Below are positions 37,160 through 48,516 of a stretch of DNA of 64,000 nt, piece after piece (position 1 is the stretch's first letter; the number at the start of each line of letters is the position of its first letter). The position numbers and the translations under genes are program-made. The notes beneath the pieces were generated by a model that was not told where the DNA came from, did not search any database, and was given only the letters and a program-made list of their open reading frames with translations. The stretch comes from an uncultured Mycoplasma sp. Lineage in GTDB: Bacteria; Bacillota_I; Bacilli_A; RF39; UBA660. The stretch covers positions 6,574 through 70,573 of the forward strand of contig CAMMXG010000002.1 of assembly GCA_946500895.1 (NCBI GenBank). Reading direction: 5' to 3'.

Positions 37160-37670
37160 AATATTCTCCTTTTTCTAATAACCCCTTTTTTCTTAATTTA
37201 CGATAAATAAAGCTTTCAAAAAAGCGATTGATTTTTGTACACCATTTTTCATAATCACCAATTGGATTAATTAAAATTGATGTTATCCCTACCCTATTGG
37301 CACCACAAATATCGGTTAAAAGTTGGTCCCCTATGGCAGCAATCTCATGGTATTTAAACTTGTAAATATCCATGATTTTTAAATATTTCTTTTTAAATGG
37401 TTTGTGACTGGATGAGGCAACATCTACATTTAATCCTTCTTTAAATGGTGTTAATCTTTTTTTGCCACTGTTCGACAAAATAATAATTTTAAAATCACGC
37501 TCTAACATAACAAATAATTCTTTTACCTTTTTGGTTGGAACATCTACATTTACAGGGATTAATGTATTATCTAAATCAAATAATAAACATTTAATACCTT
37601 TTTGTTTTAATTTATTATAATTAATATCATATATACTTTTTTGATAAATATCGGGAATAAAATTTTGCAT
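37152..37670 (-). CDS. yqeG: YqeG-family HAD phosphatase
   Basis: LLFDLDNTL and IGDQLLTD HAD motifs; 172 aa. Confidence 0.8.
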   Translation of the reverse strand: MQNFIPDIYQKSIYDINYNKLKQKGIKCLLFDLDNTLIPVNVDVPTKKVKELFVMLERDFKIIILSNSGKKRLTPFKEGLNVDVASSSHKPFKKKYLKIMDIYKFKYHEIAAIGDQLLTDICGANRVGITSILINPIGDYEKWCTKINRFFESFIYRKLRKKGLLEKGEYYE

Positions 37671-37725
37671 AATACCACCTAGTTCATTATATCAAAAAAA
37701 AGAGGAAGTATCTATCCTCAATTTA

Positions 37726-38067
37726 TTATTTTTGTCTATACGATTCTGCTTCTACTTGTAATTTATAACATTGATATAAAGAATCTGCTAAAGAAATTGC
37801 ATTTACATCATTATTAATTAAAGCATAATAATAAATATATATTAAAGCTTCATTATTATTTTTCCAATAAGCAATAATATCATCAAATTCCCTTGATGTT
37901 AAATTCATTTTAACTATAAGCGAACTAAGATTCTCAAAGCTTCCTTCTTTTATTCTTTTTAATAATTCATTTCTTAATTCTTGTTTTTTTGCTGCTAAAA
38001 ATATAGGATTTTCAAATTTTGGATAATAAGATACCTTCCCATTATTTACAACAACTTGTTCTTTCAT
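37726..38067 (-). CDS. Hypothetical 113-aa protein
   Basis: ORF with a GGAGG RBS; no family recognised. Confidence 0.4.
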   Translation of the reverse strand: MKEQVVVNNGKVSYYPKFENPIFLAAKKQELRNELLKRIKEGSFENLSSLIVKMNLTSREFDDIIAYWKNNNEALIYIYYYALINNDVNAISLADSLYQCYKLQVEAESYRQK

Positions 38068-38114
38068 TTTCTACCTCCTGGCTTTAGTATATCAAATAAG
38101 ATGTAGATAATCAA

Positions 38115-38336
38115 TCATTTTAGAGCACTTAAAACATTACTTATGATATCAATGTTATCAATTGCATCACTTATTTTATCTGTTGTTCTTAAACGATATT
38201 TTATTTTCATATTCTCTTTGTATCTTTTAAAACTTGATGGGTCTCTGTTTAAATCTTTTAACCAATAAGAATTATATTTTAATAGTTCTAACATTTTTGG
38301 CTCTTTTTTCAATTCCATTAACACATTTACCTGCAT
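38115..38336 (-). CDS. YlbE-like small protein (tentative)
   Basis: LELLKYNSYWLKDLNRDPSSFKRYKENMKIKYRLRTTDKI resembles the YlbE pattern from memory. Confidence 0.35.
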   Translation of the reverse strand: MQVNVLMELKKEPKMLELLKYNSYWLKDLNRDPSSFKRYKENMKIKYRLRTTDKISDAIDNIDIISNVLSALK

Positions 38337-38339
38337 TTT

Positions 38340-38687
38340 TTAATCCTCAAAAAACTTATTGATTGGCCTTGGTGTTACCGGGCCTTTGCTTGCAACAGAC
38401 GGAGTGCTTTTTCCAGTTAACTCTTGCATTAAACCTAATGCCTTTTGCGCAGTATTAATGTGTTTTTGCACAGAGTCCATATCTATTTTTTTTACAATAT
38501 CACTGAAATTATTAATGGAACTGGTGGGATTATCTTTTTTTAAATAATTTTTCCAAGCTCTATCATCATCGCCATAAATGTCATATATTTCATATAATTC
38601 TTGCCATGAGGAATCTTTGGAGTGAACACTTCTGATTAATTCTGGATGAGATTTAGCAAAAGCTTTAAATTCTTCTTTTTTAGACAT
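38340..38687 (-). CDS. YlbD-like putative coat protein (tentative)
   Basis: FKAFAKSHPELIRSVHSKDSSWQELYEIYDIYGDDDRAWKNY resembles the YlbD pattern. Confidence 0.35.
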   Translation of the reverse strand: MSKKEEFKAFAKSHPELIRSVHSKDSSWQELYEIYDIYGDDDRAWKNYLKKDNPTSSINNFSDIVKKIDMDSVQKHINTAQKALGLMQELTGKSTPSVASKGPVTPRPINKFFED

Positions 38688-38743
38688 ATCAATCACCATT
38701 AAAATTATATGTAAATTGCAAATAAAAAGAAGAAAAAACTCTT

Positions 38744-41236
38744 CTATAGTTTGAAATCATCTAGAAAATCTTCCATTGATAATTTCTTTGGTTCTTTCTT
38801 CTCTTCCTTTTTGGACTCTTCCTTTTTTTCTTCACTTGGTGTTTCTATTTTTTCTTTTATTGCCACTACACTTGCTTGGTCTAATTTATATTTACTGATA
38901 TTTGAACCAGTGCTTGTTAAATCCATAATAGCAATATCACTATTTTTGAAGATATTAATATCACTATCTGCTTTAGTTAAAATTAAATCTCTAGAATTCG
39001 TAACTAAGGCATTTAATATTTTGTAAGTTACTGTTTTTGTTTTTTTCATAATTAAACTGCCACGTTTCGCTCTATTATGAGTTTCTAAATCACTTAGTTT
39101 TACTCTTTTAGCAGTTTTACTATCGGTAAATATTGTTAAATATTCATCTGAGGCATTAAAGCTAACCATATTTTTCACATTATCATCTTTTAAGTTAATG
39201 CCTTTTACACCAGATGCTTTGGCACCGACAATTGGTACTTCTTCACTCTTAAAGTTTAGATAATAACCATTTTCTGTTACAAGAATAATATTTCCTAAAT
39301 CTTTTTTAACATCAATTAATTTATCATCTTCTTTTAGTTTCATCGCTAGTATTGGTTTTGAACATCTAGCTACTTCGAAATCAGTAGATGCAGTTCTTTT
39401 TATCATACCATTTTTAGAAGCTAAAACATAGGTATCTTCTTTATTGTAAATGAATGAGGCAATTACTTCTTCGCCAGCAGTCATCATTATAATATTACTT
39501 ACATGCTTTCCTAGTTCTTTCCATTTTATTTCTGGAATTTTATAAACCGGTATGTATAAATAGTTTCCAAGATTTGTGAATACTACTAATGTATCTAGTG
39601 TTGTACATTCATATAATCCAGTAATAAAATCTCCAGGTTTTAGAGTTGTATCTTCAGTTGATGCTGCATAGCTTTTAGAACTTACCCTTTTTACATAACC
39701 TTCGTTTGTTACCACAATGACAACATTTTCTTTAGGAATCATTTCTCTTGCATCAATTTTAATTTCAGCAATTTCCTCTTCAATCTTTGTTTTTCTTGGC
39801 GTTTCATATTCTTTCTTAATTAATTTTAATTCTTTTTTCATCACATATTTTAATACTTCTTCATCATTTAAGATTGCTTTTAAGCCTTCAATTAATTTAG
39901 AAAGTTTTTGCATTTCTTCTTGGAGTTCTAATACGTCAGTGTTTGTTAGTTTGTATAATTGTAAAGTAACAATTGCTTCTGCTTGTTCCATGGTAAAGCC
40001 GAATTCTGCAACTAAATTGTTTTTTGCATCTGCTTTATTTTTACTTGCCCGGATTACTTTAATTACTTCATCTAATATTGATAAACACTTTATTAAGCCT
40101 TCAACGATATGCATTCTTTTTTCATAGGTTGCTAAATCAAATTCACTTCTTTTTAATATTACTTCCCGTTGGTGAGCAATGTAAGCATCAAGTATTTCTA
40201 ATATTCCTAACGTTTTAGGAACACGATTTACAATTGTAACCATATTGTAATTATAAGATATTTGTAAATCTGTATTTTTAAATAAATAGCTTAATATTAA
40301 ATCGGGATTAGCACCAGCTTTTAAATCAATTACAATACGAAGTCCTTCTCTATCTGACTCATCGCGAACTTCAGCCATGCCATCAATTTTTTTATCGATT
40401 CTAATGCCATCAATTTTATTTACAAGCATTGCTTTATTTACATCATAAGGAATTTCGGTAATAACAATTTTGATTTTACCTTTTTCACGCACAATATCAT
40501 ATTTACATCTAACTACAACTCTTCCTTTACCAGTTTTAAAGGCTTCTCTTATTCCATCTATACCACATGCTATACCACCAGTTGGAAAATCTGGGCCTTT
40601 TACGATATCTAGGATTGTATCTAAATAACAATTGGGACTATCAATTCTCTTGATTGTCGCATCAATTATCTCACCAAGATTATGTGGAGGGATATTCGTT
40701 GCATAACCAGCACTAATTCCCATTGCCCCATTTACAAGTAGGTTTGGAAATTTAGCAGGTAAAACGGTTGGTTCTAATAATCTATCATCAAAGTTAGGCG
40801 CAAATTTAACAGTGTTTTTATCTAAATCACCTAATAATTCATTGCTAATTTTGGCAAGCCTTGCTTCTGTATAACGATAGGCTGCAGCTGGATCGCCATC
40901 CATCGAACCATTATTTCCTTTCATATCTATTAATGGCGTATTTTGTTTCCACCACTGACTCATTCTTACCATGGCATCATATACACTAGAATCTCCATGA
41001 GGATGGTACTTACCTAATACGTCACCAACGGTTGCCGCACTTTTGATATATTTTTTATCATAAGTGTTTCCAGCTTTATACATTGCAAATAAAATTCTTC
41101 TTTGAACTGGTTTTAATCCATCACGTACATCAGGGATTGCTCTATCTTGAATAATTTCTTTAGCATAAGATGCAAAGCGTTCTCCCATAATTTCTTCTAA
41201 GGCATAATCTTCTATTCTTTTTAGGACGTTATCCAT
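38744..41236 (-). CDS. parC: DNA topoisomerase IV subunit A (GyrA/ParC family)
   Basis: [37 protein letters not shown] and [11 protein letters not shown] (catalytic Tyr). Start [11 protein letters not shown] at 41236 after AAGGTGG. Confidence 0.85.
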   Translation of the reverse strand: MDNVLKRIEDYALEEIMGERFASYAKEIIQDRAIPDVRDGLKPVQRRILFAMYKAGNTYDKKYIKSAATVGDVLGKYHPHGDSSVYDAMVRMSQWWKQNTPLIDMKGNNGSMDGDPAAAYRYTEARLAKISNELLGDLDKNTVKFAPNFDDRLLEPTVLPAKFPNLLVNGAMGISAGYATNIPPHNLGEIIDATIKRIDSPNCYLDTILDIVKGPDFPTGGIACGIDGIREAFKTGKGRVVVRCKYDIVREKGKIKIVITEIPYDVNKAMLVNKIDGIRIDKKIDGMAEVRDESDREGLRIVIDLKAGANPDLILSYLFKNTDLQISYNYNMVTIVNRVPKTLGILEILDAYIAHQREVILKRSEFDLATYEKRMHIVEGLIKCLSILDEVIKVIRASKNKADAKNNLVAEFGFTMEQAEAIVTLQLYKLTNTDVLELQEEMQKLSKLIEGLKAILNDEEVLKYVMKKELKLIKKEYETPRKTKIEEEIAEIKIDAREMIPKENVVIVVTNEGYVKRVSSKSYAASTEDTTLKPGDFITGLYECTTLDTLVVFTNLGNYLYIPVYKIPEIKWKELGKHVSNIIMMTAGEEVIASFIYNKEDTYVLASKNGMIKRTASTDFEVARCSKPILAMKLKEDDKLIDVKKDLGNIILVTENGYYLNFKSEEVPIVGAKASGVKGINLKDDNVKNMVSFNASDEYLTIFTDSKTAKRVKLSDLETHNRAKRGSLIMKKTKTVTYKILNALVTNSRDLILTKADSDINIFKNSDIAIMDLTSTGSNISKYKLDQASVVAIKEKIETPSEEKKEESKKEEKKEPKKLSMEDFLDDFKL

Positions 41237-41299
41237 TTTTACCACCTTAATATATAATAACATAAAAAAGTGGGTAAATAAACCCACTTTACAAATGAT

Positions 41300-42667
41300 T
41301 TACGTTGCTATGACATAAGGGTCTTGAATATCGCCTGTTCCATTTAAAACAATATCAGCACGTAAATTAATAACAGGACGAACATGATAACGACTCGAAG
41401 ATGTCATACCCCAGCCTGGACCAGTTTTATTTACATAAAAAACTTGAGCATATATTCCTTCCTCTTCTCGATAAATAATGCCAACCGGTGTCATGGTCCA
41501 ATAAACATGACCCATTGATAAATAATGCCCTCGATTATTTATGTTCTCAGTTGCTCGCCAAGCAAAACCTGAAAAAATTACTTCATCTAAAGTTATTAGA
41601 CCAATTGGATAAGTTAGAGCTTTATTGCCTTTACTAGAAGATTTAACTGTATATAAATCTTGCTCATTAACACATTTTAAACTTGGTTTTGCTTCTCTAT
41701 AATATGCACCTAACCTAAATCCATTATAATATGTTTCATCTTGCTTAATTCCTGTTCCGCTGCTTATACTTCGGTCTCCACAAAATCCGGCATTTTTGTC
41801 TATATATTGTTCATACTCTGTTCCATATATATTATCTTTATACCAATCATCTACATAATCCTTAATAATACTATCATTAATATTCGCATGTGTTTCTTCA
41901 TAAGTGTTGCTTCCTGTATTACCATACATATATCCTACATATGCATTATCACTATCGTTATTAAAAGAACTAATCCCAATACCAGCTCCATATCCTATTT
42001 GGGTTGGGCCAGTTGTGCTATTTCCGCTATATATTAATCTTAAACTTCCATCTCCATTAATACGAATGATTCGCCAATAAAAATCTGCAAATCGAATCCA
42101 ATTATTAGTTGGTGAACCAACATAATAGTAACTTAAACCATCATCATCTTCTTCGGCATAAATCATATCACTATTTTCTATAGAAATACTTTTTGTAAAA
42201 TTATTTCTTTTACCTATTATTTTAACATTCTTTAATAAAGTTTGACACGCTAAATCTTCATCAGAACATTCCTTTACTATGTTTTTATTAAAATATAAAT
42301 AACATTTTGTTCCTTTTTGGGATAGATTTGATATGTCTATCTTTTGATTTCCATACTGAATGTTAATATCGTTATTTTTTACCCCATTAATTTCACAATA
42401 GCTTTCTTGATCATTAAGATAATAACCACTACTGGGTACTACGTCAATACTTTCATATTCACCACTATCATTTTCTTGATACATGGCTATCATTTTAAAA
42501 TCATATGGTTTGTAGTTAATAGTACCATTTACTAAAGGAATGCTCTGTGTTACTCGGTACTTTGCTCTAGTAAAATTTAAAACAACTGCACTTATGATTA
42601 CTACTACCAATACTCCTGTCATAATATTTCTTTTTAAATGACTTCTTTTTAATACTTTAAAATTCAT
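41300..42667 (-). CDS. Surface-protein paralog 3
   Basis: 455 aa. Residues 9-52 are nearly identical to the DGR target N-terminus (SHLKRNIM...IISAVVLNFTRAKYRVTQSIPLVNGTINY). Core YYYVGSPTNNWIRFADFYWRIIRINGDGSLRLIYSG, NAGFCGDR, LTYPIGLITLDEV and YWTMTP...VRPVINL. Confidence 0.8.
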   Translation of the reverse strand: MNFKVLKRSHLKRNIMTGVLVVVIISAVVLNFTRAKYRVTQSIPLVNGTINYKPYDFKMIAMYQENDSGEYESIDVVPSSGYYLNDQESYCEINGVKNNDINIQYGNQKIDISNLSQKGTKCYLYFNKNIVKECSDEDLACQTLLKNVKIIGKRNNFTKSISIENSDMIYAEEDDDGLSYYYVGSPTNNWIRFADFYWRIIRINGDGSLRLIYSGNSTTGPTQIGYGAGIGISSFNNDSDNAYVGYMYGNTGSNTYEETHANINDSIIKDYVDDWYKDNIYGTEYEQYIDKNAGFCGDRSISSGTGIKQDETYYNGFRLGAYYREAKPSLKCVNEQDLYTVKSSSKGNKALTYPIGLITLDEVIFSGFAWRATENINNRGHYLSMGHVYWTMTPVGIIYREEEGIYAQVFYVNKTGPGWGMTSSSRYHVRPVINLRADIVLNGTGDIQDPYVIAT

Positions 42668-42835
42668 AATATTCTTCCTTTCGTGAAGTATGACTTCATT
42701 TTATTTTATTAATAATAAAGCTATAATTTTTGTAACCTATTTTAGCTTATATTAATAATTTAACCCATTTTAGACTAAAAGTCAATACTCTAAATTAGAT
42801 TATGATAAAGTTTATTTTATAAGGAATGATTGATT

Positions 42836-43069
42836 ATGAATAGATTAAGAGATTTAAGAGAAGATAGAGATTTACTTCAAAAAGATATTGCAAAGATTTT
42901 AAATATGTCCCAAACCGGATATTCTAAATACGAAGTTGAAACTAATGATATTCCTACCGAAATATTAAAAAAACTTGCATCTTATTATGATACAAGTATT
43001 GATTATTTGCTTTGTTTGACAGATGAGAGAAAACCTTATCCTAAAAGCATTTTAAATGATAAGAAATAA
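42836..43069 (+). CDS. XRE-family HTH regulator
   Basis: MNRLRDLREDRDLLQKDIAKILNMSQTGYSKYE. Divergent from paralog 3. The ORF-track start 42830 is a TTG. Confidence 0.8.
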   Translation: MNRLRDLREDRDLLQKDIAKILNMSQTGYSKYEVETNDIPTEILKKLASYYDTSIDYLLCLTDERKPYPKSILNDKK

Positions 43070-43099
43070 TTTTAGACTTTCTACAACGTAGGAATTTTT

Positions 43100-44161
43100 T
43101 TATATTTTTTTATTCTCTATTTCTAATATTGTTTTTTGATGATTAATTTCTGCTTTCAGTTCTTCTTCAGTTGGAAGATATATTTTATATTTTGTAGCAA
43201 ATAACTGTTCATTTCCTTTTAAGACTGAGAATCTTGCTATGTCTTCATCTGTTTCACTACATAAAAGAATGCCAATAGTTGGATTATCATCACTCCTTTT
43301 CTTGAACTCATCATACATTCTTACATACATATCCATTTGTCCTACATCTTGATGAGTTATTTTTTTCGTTTTTAAATCAATTAAAATGAAACATTTTAAG
43401 ATATAATTATAGAATACTAAATCAATATAGTAATCTTCTTTTGCTGTTCTAATTAAAACTTGTCTTCCCACAAAAGCATAACCCTTACCAAGTTCAATCA
43501 TAAATTTTTGTAAGTTATCAATAATTCTTGTTTCTAATTCCGTTTCAGTATAAGAGCTGTCTAAAGTATAACCTAAGAATTCAGCGATAACTGGATTTTT
43601 AACAAATTCTAATTTATCTAGTTTTTGATTATCTTTATTATTTTCTAGCATTTCCTTTATAACTGGCTCTTTCTTTTGTGATTTTAATAGGCGATAATAA
43701 TACTGTGTATCTATATTTCGTTGTAATGTTCTTACACTCCAAGTTTGTTCTAGTGCTTCTTTTTCGTACCAATCTCTTGCAGTTTGATCTTGCACTTGCA
43801 GTAAAATACGATAATGACTCCAAGAAAGAAGCATTTGAGATTGTCCACACGCTGTGTGGACAATTTGGGGAAACGAATAATAAAAATTTAAAAAATAATA
43901 TAAATTAGTTCTAGTATATCCCTTTCCATAAATCTTAGTTAAATCTTTTGCTAATCCTCTTATGATTTCATCTCCATAGTCTGCCCTAACTTTCCCCTTT
44001 AATTCTTCTTCGGCTATTCTTTTGCCAATAAGCCAATTTCTTTTTACAAGTGCAACATTTACTGCTGTATATGCATATCCTCTTGCTTCATCAATAATTG
44101 TACAAACATCTTCTAAAATGTTTTCGGTTGTTTTTAATTTTTCTTTTAATTCTGTTTCCAT
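43100..44161 (-). CDS. DUF1016/YhcG-type PDDEXK nuclease-family protein (intact)
   Basis: 353 aa with a DUF1016 N-terminal domain and IDLVFYN...ILIDLK (PD-(D/E)xK-like). Confidence 0.7.
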   Translation of the reverse strand: METELKEKLKTTENILEDVCTIIDEARGYAYTAVNVALVKRNWLIGKRIAEEELKGKVRADYGDEIIRGLAKDLTKIYGKGYTRTNLYYFLNFYYSFPQIVHTACGQSQMLLSWSHYRILLQVQDQTARDWYEKEALEQTWSVRTLQRNIDTQYYYRLLKSQKKEPVIKEMLENNKDNQKLDKLEFVKNPVIAEFLGYTLDSSYTETELETRIIDNLQKFMIELGKGYAFVGRQVLIRTAKEDYYIDLVFYNYILKCFILIDLKTKKITHQDVGQMDMYVRMYDEFKKRSDDNPTIGILLCSETDEDIARFSVLKGNEQLFATKYKIYLPTEEELKAEINHQKTILEIENKKI

Positions 44162-44363
44162 TTTTCCTCCCCTGATTTTTTATTCCTCACTCCTACATAT
44201 ATTATCTCATAATATATATAAATTATCAAGAACAAAAGTTCGACGAATTTTGACAAAATTAAATATTATAATTTCCCTACTATGTAGGTGTTTTGTCTCT
44301 CTATTATTGGTTTTTAGGTGTTTTGAGATTTTCCACGCAGTGCGCGAAAAATTCAAGAGTAAT

Positions 44364-44387
44364 AAAAAATAGTGGCTATTTGCCACT
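44364..44387 (-). terminator. Terminator at the end of the 61-aa ORF
   Basis: AGTGGC-aaata-GCCACT followed by ATTTTTTATT on the minus strand. Confidence 0.5.
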
Positions 44388-44561
44388 ACTCTTTTTGATA
44401 TTACATTTCTTTTTAATAATATCCTCTTCTTTATAACATTTATGACATCTATCTAAGTTTAGACCATATTCATTCAATAAGCCATATTTTAGATAATCTA
44501 GAGTTTCTCCAGTTTCTGTATATCCTTTATAATAACCATTTTCTTCTTGCATATGTATCAC
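44376..44561 (-). CDS. Hypothetical 61-aa protein
   Basis: ORF only; no family recognised. Confidence 0.3.
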   Translation of the reverse strand: MIHMQEENGYYKGYTETGETLDYLKYGLLNEYGLNLDRCHKCYKEEDIIKKKCNIKKSSGK

Positions 44562-44591
44562 CCATTTTTATTATGGGTTAATTTGTTTTAA

Positions 44592-46703
44592 TTATGCAGT
44601 GCTTAAAGTTATTTCCAAAGTTTTAGATAAATCAATAATTTCTCCTATCGGTAAATTAAAACTACTTACGACACCATAGCCACTAAAGGTATATTTTAAA
44701 CCAATTAAATTACAGAAATTCATTACTTCACTACTGCTCCATCCAGTAATATCTGGCATCGTAAATTCAGTGCCATTTGTTAGAAGAAAAATTCTGCTTC
44801 CTGCTAAAACTTTGGTTCCTTTTAAAGGATATTGATTAATGATTGTATTTCCATTTCCTAAAGTAATTACTTTTAAGTTTAATTTTTCAAGTTCACTTAC
44901 GGTTGTTTCAACATTACTACTCATGTAATTACTTAATTCTATTATTTTCGATAAATCAACATCTGATTCTGTATTGGTTATATTAGCATAATTGGCAATA
45001 CTTTCTACCGCATCCGTTACAACACTAGCAACTGCAGATGCTCCTCCATCAATTTGTTTTACAGATACATAAATAATATATTCAGGATCTTCATAAGGGA
45101 AAATTCCGGCAAAAGAACGAATATAGTTGGTTGTTCCGGTTAAGTATCCACCTGATGCACTAGCAATTTGGGCTGTACCAGTTTTACCAGCTAAAGTTAC
45201 ATTATTTGGTTGCCAAACAGTCGACAAACCATTATATACTACGTCATACATCAAGCTATAAACTTTTTTAACTGAATCGCTAGATACTTTTCTTCCTAGT
45301 TCTGTTCTTCCCCCTTCATAAGTTACGTTGCCATTTTCATCCACTATTTTATCAACAATATATGGTTTTAGCATGATACCATCATTAGTTAAAATGCTTA
45401 AGGCTTGAAGCGTTTGAATTGGTGTGGTTGTAATACCTTGACCAAAAGATGCTGTTGCTATTTCAGATTCATAAGTTAGTCTTAAAACACCACTTTCTTC
45501 ACCAGGAAGTTCAATTCCAGTTTTCGAACCAAAACCTAGAGATTCATAAAATTCTTTTAAAGTTCCTTTTTGTTTTTCTTCTAGTTTTAAAGCAAGATTG
45601 GTTGCTCCAACATTGGATGAATAAGCAAAACCAGTATCATAATTAATCATGCCCCATCCAGCATTATTAAAGTCATAGATGGTTGCTCCTGCTACTTCAA
45701 TCGAACCAGACATAAATTCTTCTTCACCATCATAAACACCATTTTCCATAGCTGCTAACCATGAGAAAATTTTCATTGTTGAACCGGGTTCGTAAGTATA
45801 TCCTACTAAGGGATTGACATAGTTCGTTAATCCTTCTAAAGTATTTGGATTAAAATCTGGGCTAGAGGCACTTCCCACGATTGCTCCCGTATTTGCATCC
45901 ATTACAGTAAATGTTGCCCATGTAAATTCGTTGTTTTCTTCTAGTTTTGTCATGGCATCTTCAAGGATTAATTGAATTTGCGAATCTAAGGTTAAATAAA
46001 TATCACTTCCACTTACAGGATCAATCGTGTAATAAGCATCACCCATTTGGTAGCCATAAGCATCTTTTTGGTACATCGTTTCGCCATCGGTACCTTTTAA
46101 TTCTTCATTGTAATAAGATTCAATGCCCATTTCCCCAACAATTTCACCAATTTCATTTGTTCTGGCATATCCAATAATATAAGAGGCTGCTGAACCTTGT
46201 TTATAATATCTTTTACTGCCACTGATAAAACCAATTCCATCTAAATCTAAAGCTTCTATTTCCGCCTTTTTATTTTCACTTAAATCTCTTCCTGCCGTAC
46301 CAAATTCTACTTGATAAGCCCCTTCGACATTTAATCTTGATAAAGCATACTCATAGCTCATATCTAGTACTTCTGATAATGCTTTCGCAGTTGCTTCTTT
46401 GTCTACAACATGCTGTGGATTATCAGGATCGGTTGTTCTTGATTCGCTAAGGTAAGCAATTAAGGTATAAGAATTAACATTTTTAGCTAGAATTTCGCCA
46501 TTAATATCATAAATATCGCCTCGAGAAGCATATAGCGTTTCGGTTGTTGTATTTCTTCCTTCAACAAATTCTGCTAAGTTTGTTCCATCTACGACGGGAC
46601 TTAGGGCAACATATGATAATTTTATAATGGCACAAAAAAACGCGAAAAAAAAGAGCACGATAAAAATCTTGTTTACTTTTACTCGCGATCTCTTTTTTTT
46701 CAT
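44592..46703 (-). CDS. Class B penicillin-binding protein (PBP2B/FtsI-like) with C-terminal PASTA domains
   Basis: SxxK (GSTMK), SSN and KTGT motifs, N-terminal TM and two PASTA-like C-terminal units. Located in the dcw cluster. Confidence 0.85.
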   Translation of the reverse strand: MKKKRSRVKVNKIFIVLFFFAFFCAIIKLSYVALSPVVDGTNLAEFVEGRNTTTETLYASRGDIYDINGEILAKNVNSYTLIAYLSESRTTDPDNPQHVVDKEATAKALSEVLDMSYEYALSRLNVEGAYQVEFGTAGRDLSENKKAEIEALDLDGIGFISGSKRYYKQGSAASYIIGYARTNEIGEIVGEMGIESYYNEELKGTDGETMYQKDAYGYQMGDAYYTIDPVSGSDIYLTLDSQIQLILEDAMTKLEENNEFTWATFTVMDANTGAIVGSASSPDFNPNTLEGLTNYVNPLVGYTYEPGSTMKIFSWLAAMENGVYDGEEEFMSGSIEVAGATIYDFNNAGWGMINYDTGFAYSSNVGATNLALKLEEKQKGTLKEFYESLGFGSKTGIELPGEESGVLRLTYESEIATASFGQGITTTPIQTLQALSILTNDGIMLKPYIVDKIVDENGNVTYEGGRTELGRKVSSDSVKKVYSLMYDVVYNGLSTVWQPNNVTLAGKTGTAQIASASGGYLTGTTNYIRSFAGIFPYEDPEYIIYVSVKQIDGGASAVASVVTDAVESIANYANITNTESDVDLSKIIELSNYMSSNVETTVSELEKLNLKVITLGNGNTIINQYPLKGTKVLAGSRIFLLTNGTEFTMPDITGWSSSEVMNFCNLIGLKYTFSGYGVVSSFNLPIGEIIDLSKTLEITLSTA

Positions 46704-46713
46704 GTTTCACTTC

Positions 46714-47013
46714 CTATTCATTTATATTCTTGATATTACTGTTATTATACGATAGTCCACTTTCATTTGCAATACTTTGAATATTTTCGATAGATGCTAA
46801 TTCATCAATTTGCATACTTAATGCTTCATTGGTATTATTTTGAGAACTGATTTTACTTTCGATTTTTTCTAATTCAATATTTGTTTCAGATAAAAGAGCT
46901 TTGGTATAAACCCAAGATGTAGGCATAACAATAAATCCGAAAAAGACAACTAAAAAAGCCATCATTTTTTCTCCTTTTAATAGTTTAATCCTTTTTACTC
47001 TTTTTGTTCTCAT
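46714..47013 (-). CDS. ftsL: Cell division protein FtsL
   Basis: 99 aa with a basic N-terminus, a single TM and a coiled region. Position is between rsmH and the PBP gene. Confidence 0.65.
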   Translation of the reverse strand: MRTKRVKRIKLLKGEKMMAFLVVFFGFIVMPTSWVYTKALLSETNIELEKIESKISSQNNTNEALSMQIDELASIENIQSIANESGLSYNNSNIKNINE

Positions 47014-47016
47014 ATT

Positions 47017-47940
47017 TTAGATCCTTTCTACAATTCGCAGTTTTGCACTTTTACTTCGAGAATTTTCACTTAATTCTTCTTCGCTTGGAGTTATCGGTTT
47101 TTTATTTATCAATTTAATTAAAGGTCTGTATTTCTCAGGGATATCAGGCATTCCTTTAAATATTTCATCCACTTCACTATATTTTTTAAATATTTTCTTT
47201 ACAATTCTATCTTCTAGAGAATGAAATGTAATAACACATATTCTTCCACCTTTATTTAATCTTTTGATAGCATCTGGTAAAGCTTTTTCAATCGCTTTTA
47301 ATTCCCCATTTACTTCAATTCGCAAGGCTTGGAAGATAACACGTTCAGGGTGGTGCTTGTAAAAATAATTTGCGCCAACACCACGTTTAATAATTTCAAC
47401 TAATTCTAAGGTGTGAGTGATTTCTTTATTTTTTCGGTATGAGATGATTTCTTTAACAATATCTTTACTTCTTGGTTCTTCGGCATATTCGTAAAATAAT
47501 TTAAGCAAGTCTTCTTCTTTGTAATTATTTACGATGGTAGTAGCTGTAAAAGAACCAGCTCTATCCATCCGCATATCAAGAGGTGCATCTTTCATAAAGC
47601 TAAATCCTCGATCTGCATCATCAATCTCGGGACTAGACAGGCCTAAATCAAACAAGAATCCATCTACTAATCCAACACTCTCTTCATCTAATTTTTCACT
47701 TAAATACATGAAATTAGAATGAATAATTTTAAAATTAGAAGAAATACTCTTAAGTAATTGATGCGAATAGTTTATCGCTTCACTATCCGCATCAAAGGCG
47801 AAAAGTTTACCCTTTTTTATTCTTTTTAAAATTTCTTTACTATGACCAGCATATCCTAGTGTGGCATCTACATACACGCCGTCATCTTTGATATTTAATC
47901 CATTAATCGCCTCATCAAGCATAACACTGTAATGTTTCAT
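47017..47940 (-). CDS. rsmH: 16S rRNA (cytosine1402-N4)-methyltransferase
   Basis: MKHYSVMLDEAINGL..GVYVDATLGYAGHS, FDLGLSS. Confidence 0.9.
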   Translation of the reverse strand: MKHYSVMLDEAINGLNIKDDGVYVDATLGYAGHSKEILKRIKKGKLFAFDADSEAINYSHQLLKSISSNFKIIHSNFMYLSEKLDEESVGLVDGFLFDLGLSSPEIDDADRGFSFMKDAPLDMRMDRAGSFTATTIVNNYKEEDLLKLFYEYAEEPRSKDIVKEIISYRKNKEITHTLELVEIIKRGVGANYFYKHHPERVIFQALRIEVNGELKAIEKALPDAIKRLNKGGRICVITFHSLEDRIVKKIFKKYSEVDEIFKGMPDIPEKYRPLIKLINKKPITPSEEELSENSRSKSAKLRIVERI

Positions 47941-47941
47941 T

Positions 47942-48370
47942 TTACTCACCATTGAATAGATTTTCAGCAACACTTTCTAGAGCGTCTTCATATTCTTCAT
48001 TGAATTTATCCCAATTTTCTTTAGACCAAATTTCAATGCGGTCATTTGCGCCGATTATGACACACTCTTTTTCTAAACCGGCGTAAATGGCCTGTTGGGA
48101 AGTAATATTTATGCGACCTTGGCGATCAAGATTGCAACTAGCAGCGGCAGAAAAGAAAGATCTCACAAATACACGGGCGTCTTTTTTGGTAAATGGTAAA
48201 TTTGCTAATTTGTCAACGATTTTTTGCCATTCTGTCGTTGTGTAGATGTATAAGCATTTTTCTAAACCACGTGTAACTATAAAACTTTCCCCTAAACTAC
48301 TACGATAATTTGAGGGAATCACAAGTCTATTTTTATCATCAATATTATGACGATATTCGCCCATGAACAT
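47942..48370 (-). CDS. mraZ: Transcriptional regulator MraZ
   Basis: MFMGEYRHNIDDKNRLVIP and a second DRQGRINI repeat. Start at 48370 after GGGGG. Confidence 0.9.
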   Translation of the reverse strand: MFMGEYRHNIDDKNRLVIPSNYRSSLGESFIVTRGLEKCLYIYTTTEWQKIVDKLANLPFTKKDARVFVRSFFSAAASCNLDRQGRINITSQQAIYAGLEKECVIIGANDRIEIWSKENWDKFNEEYEDALESVAENLFNGE

Positions 48371-48516
48371 TTTAGGTCCCCCACTTTCTACCACAATGTA
48401 CCACTGCTTACCATAATATTACCAAAACTAAGCCTTTTTGTAAAGATGAAACTGTTCGCTTGTTTTTATTTTTTTGATGGTTTACGTAAATTTTACGAAA
48501 TTAAAAAAGGAGGTTT

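Noticed and set aside
44239-44258. TTCGAC-containing variants at 44239-44258 (ttcgacgaattttgacaaaa) and 63101-63117 (tgtcgaattttgtcgaa) as members of the surface-protein promoter motif.
   Set aside because: The second half-site, orientation or spacing differs, and they are not upstream of family genes. They are noted as loose relatives only.
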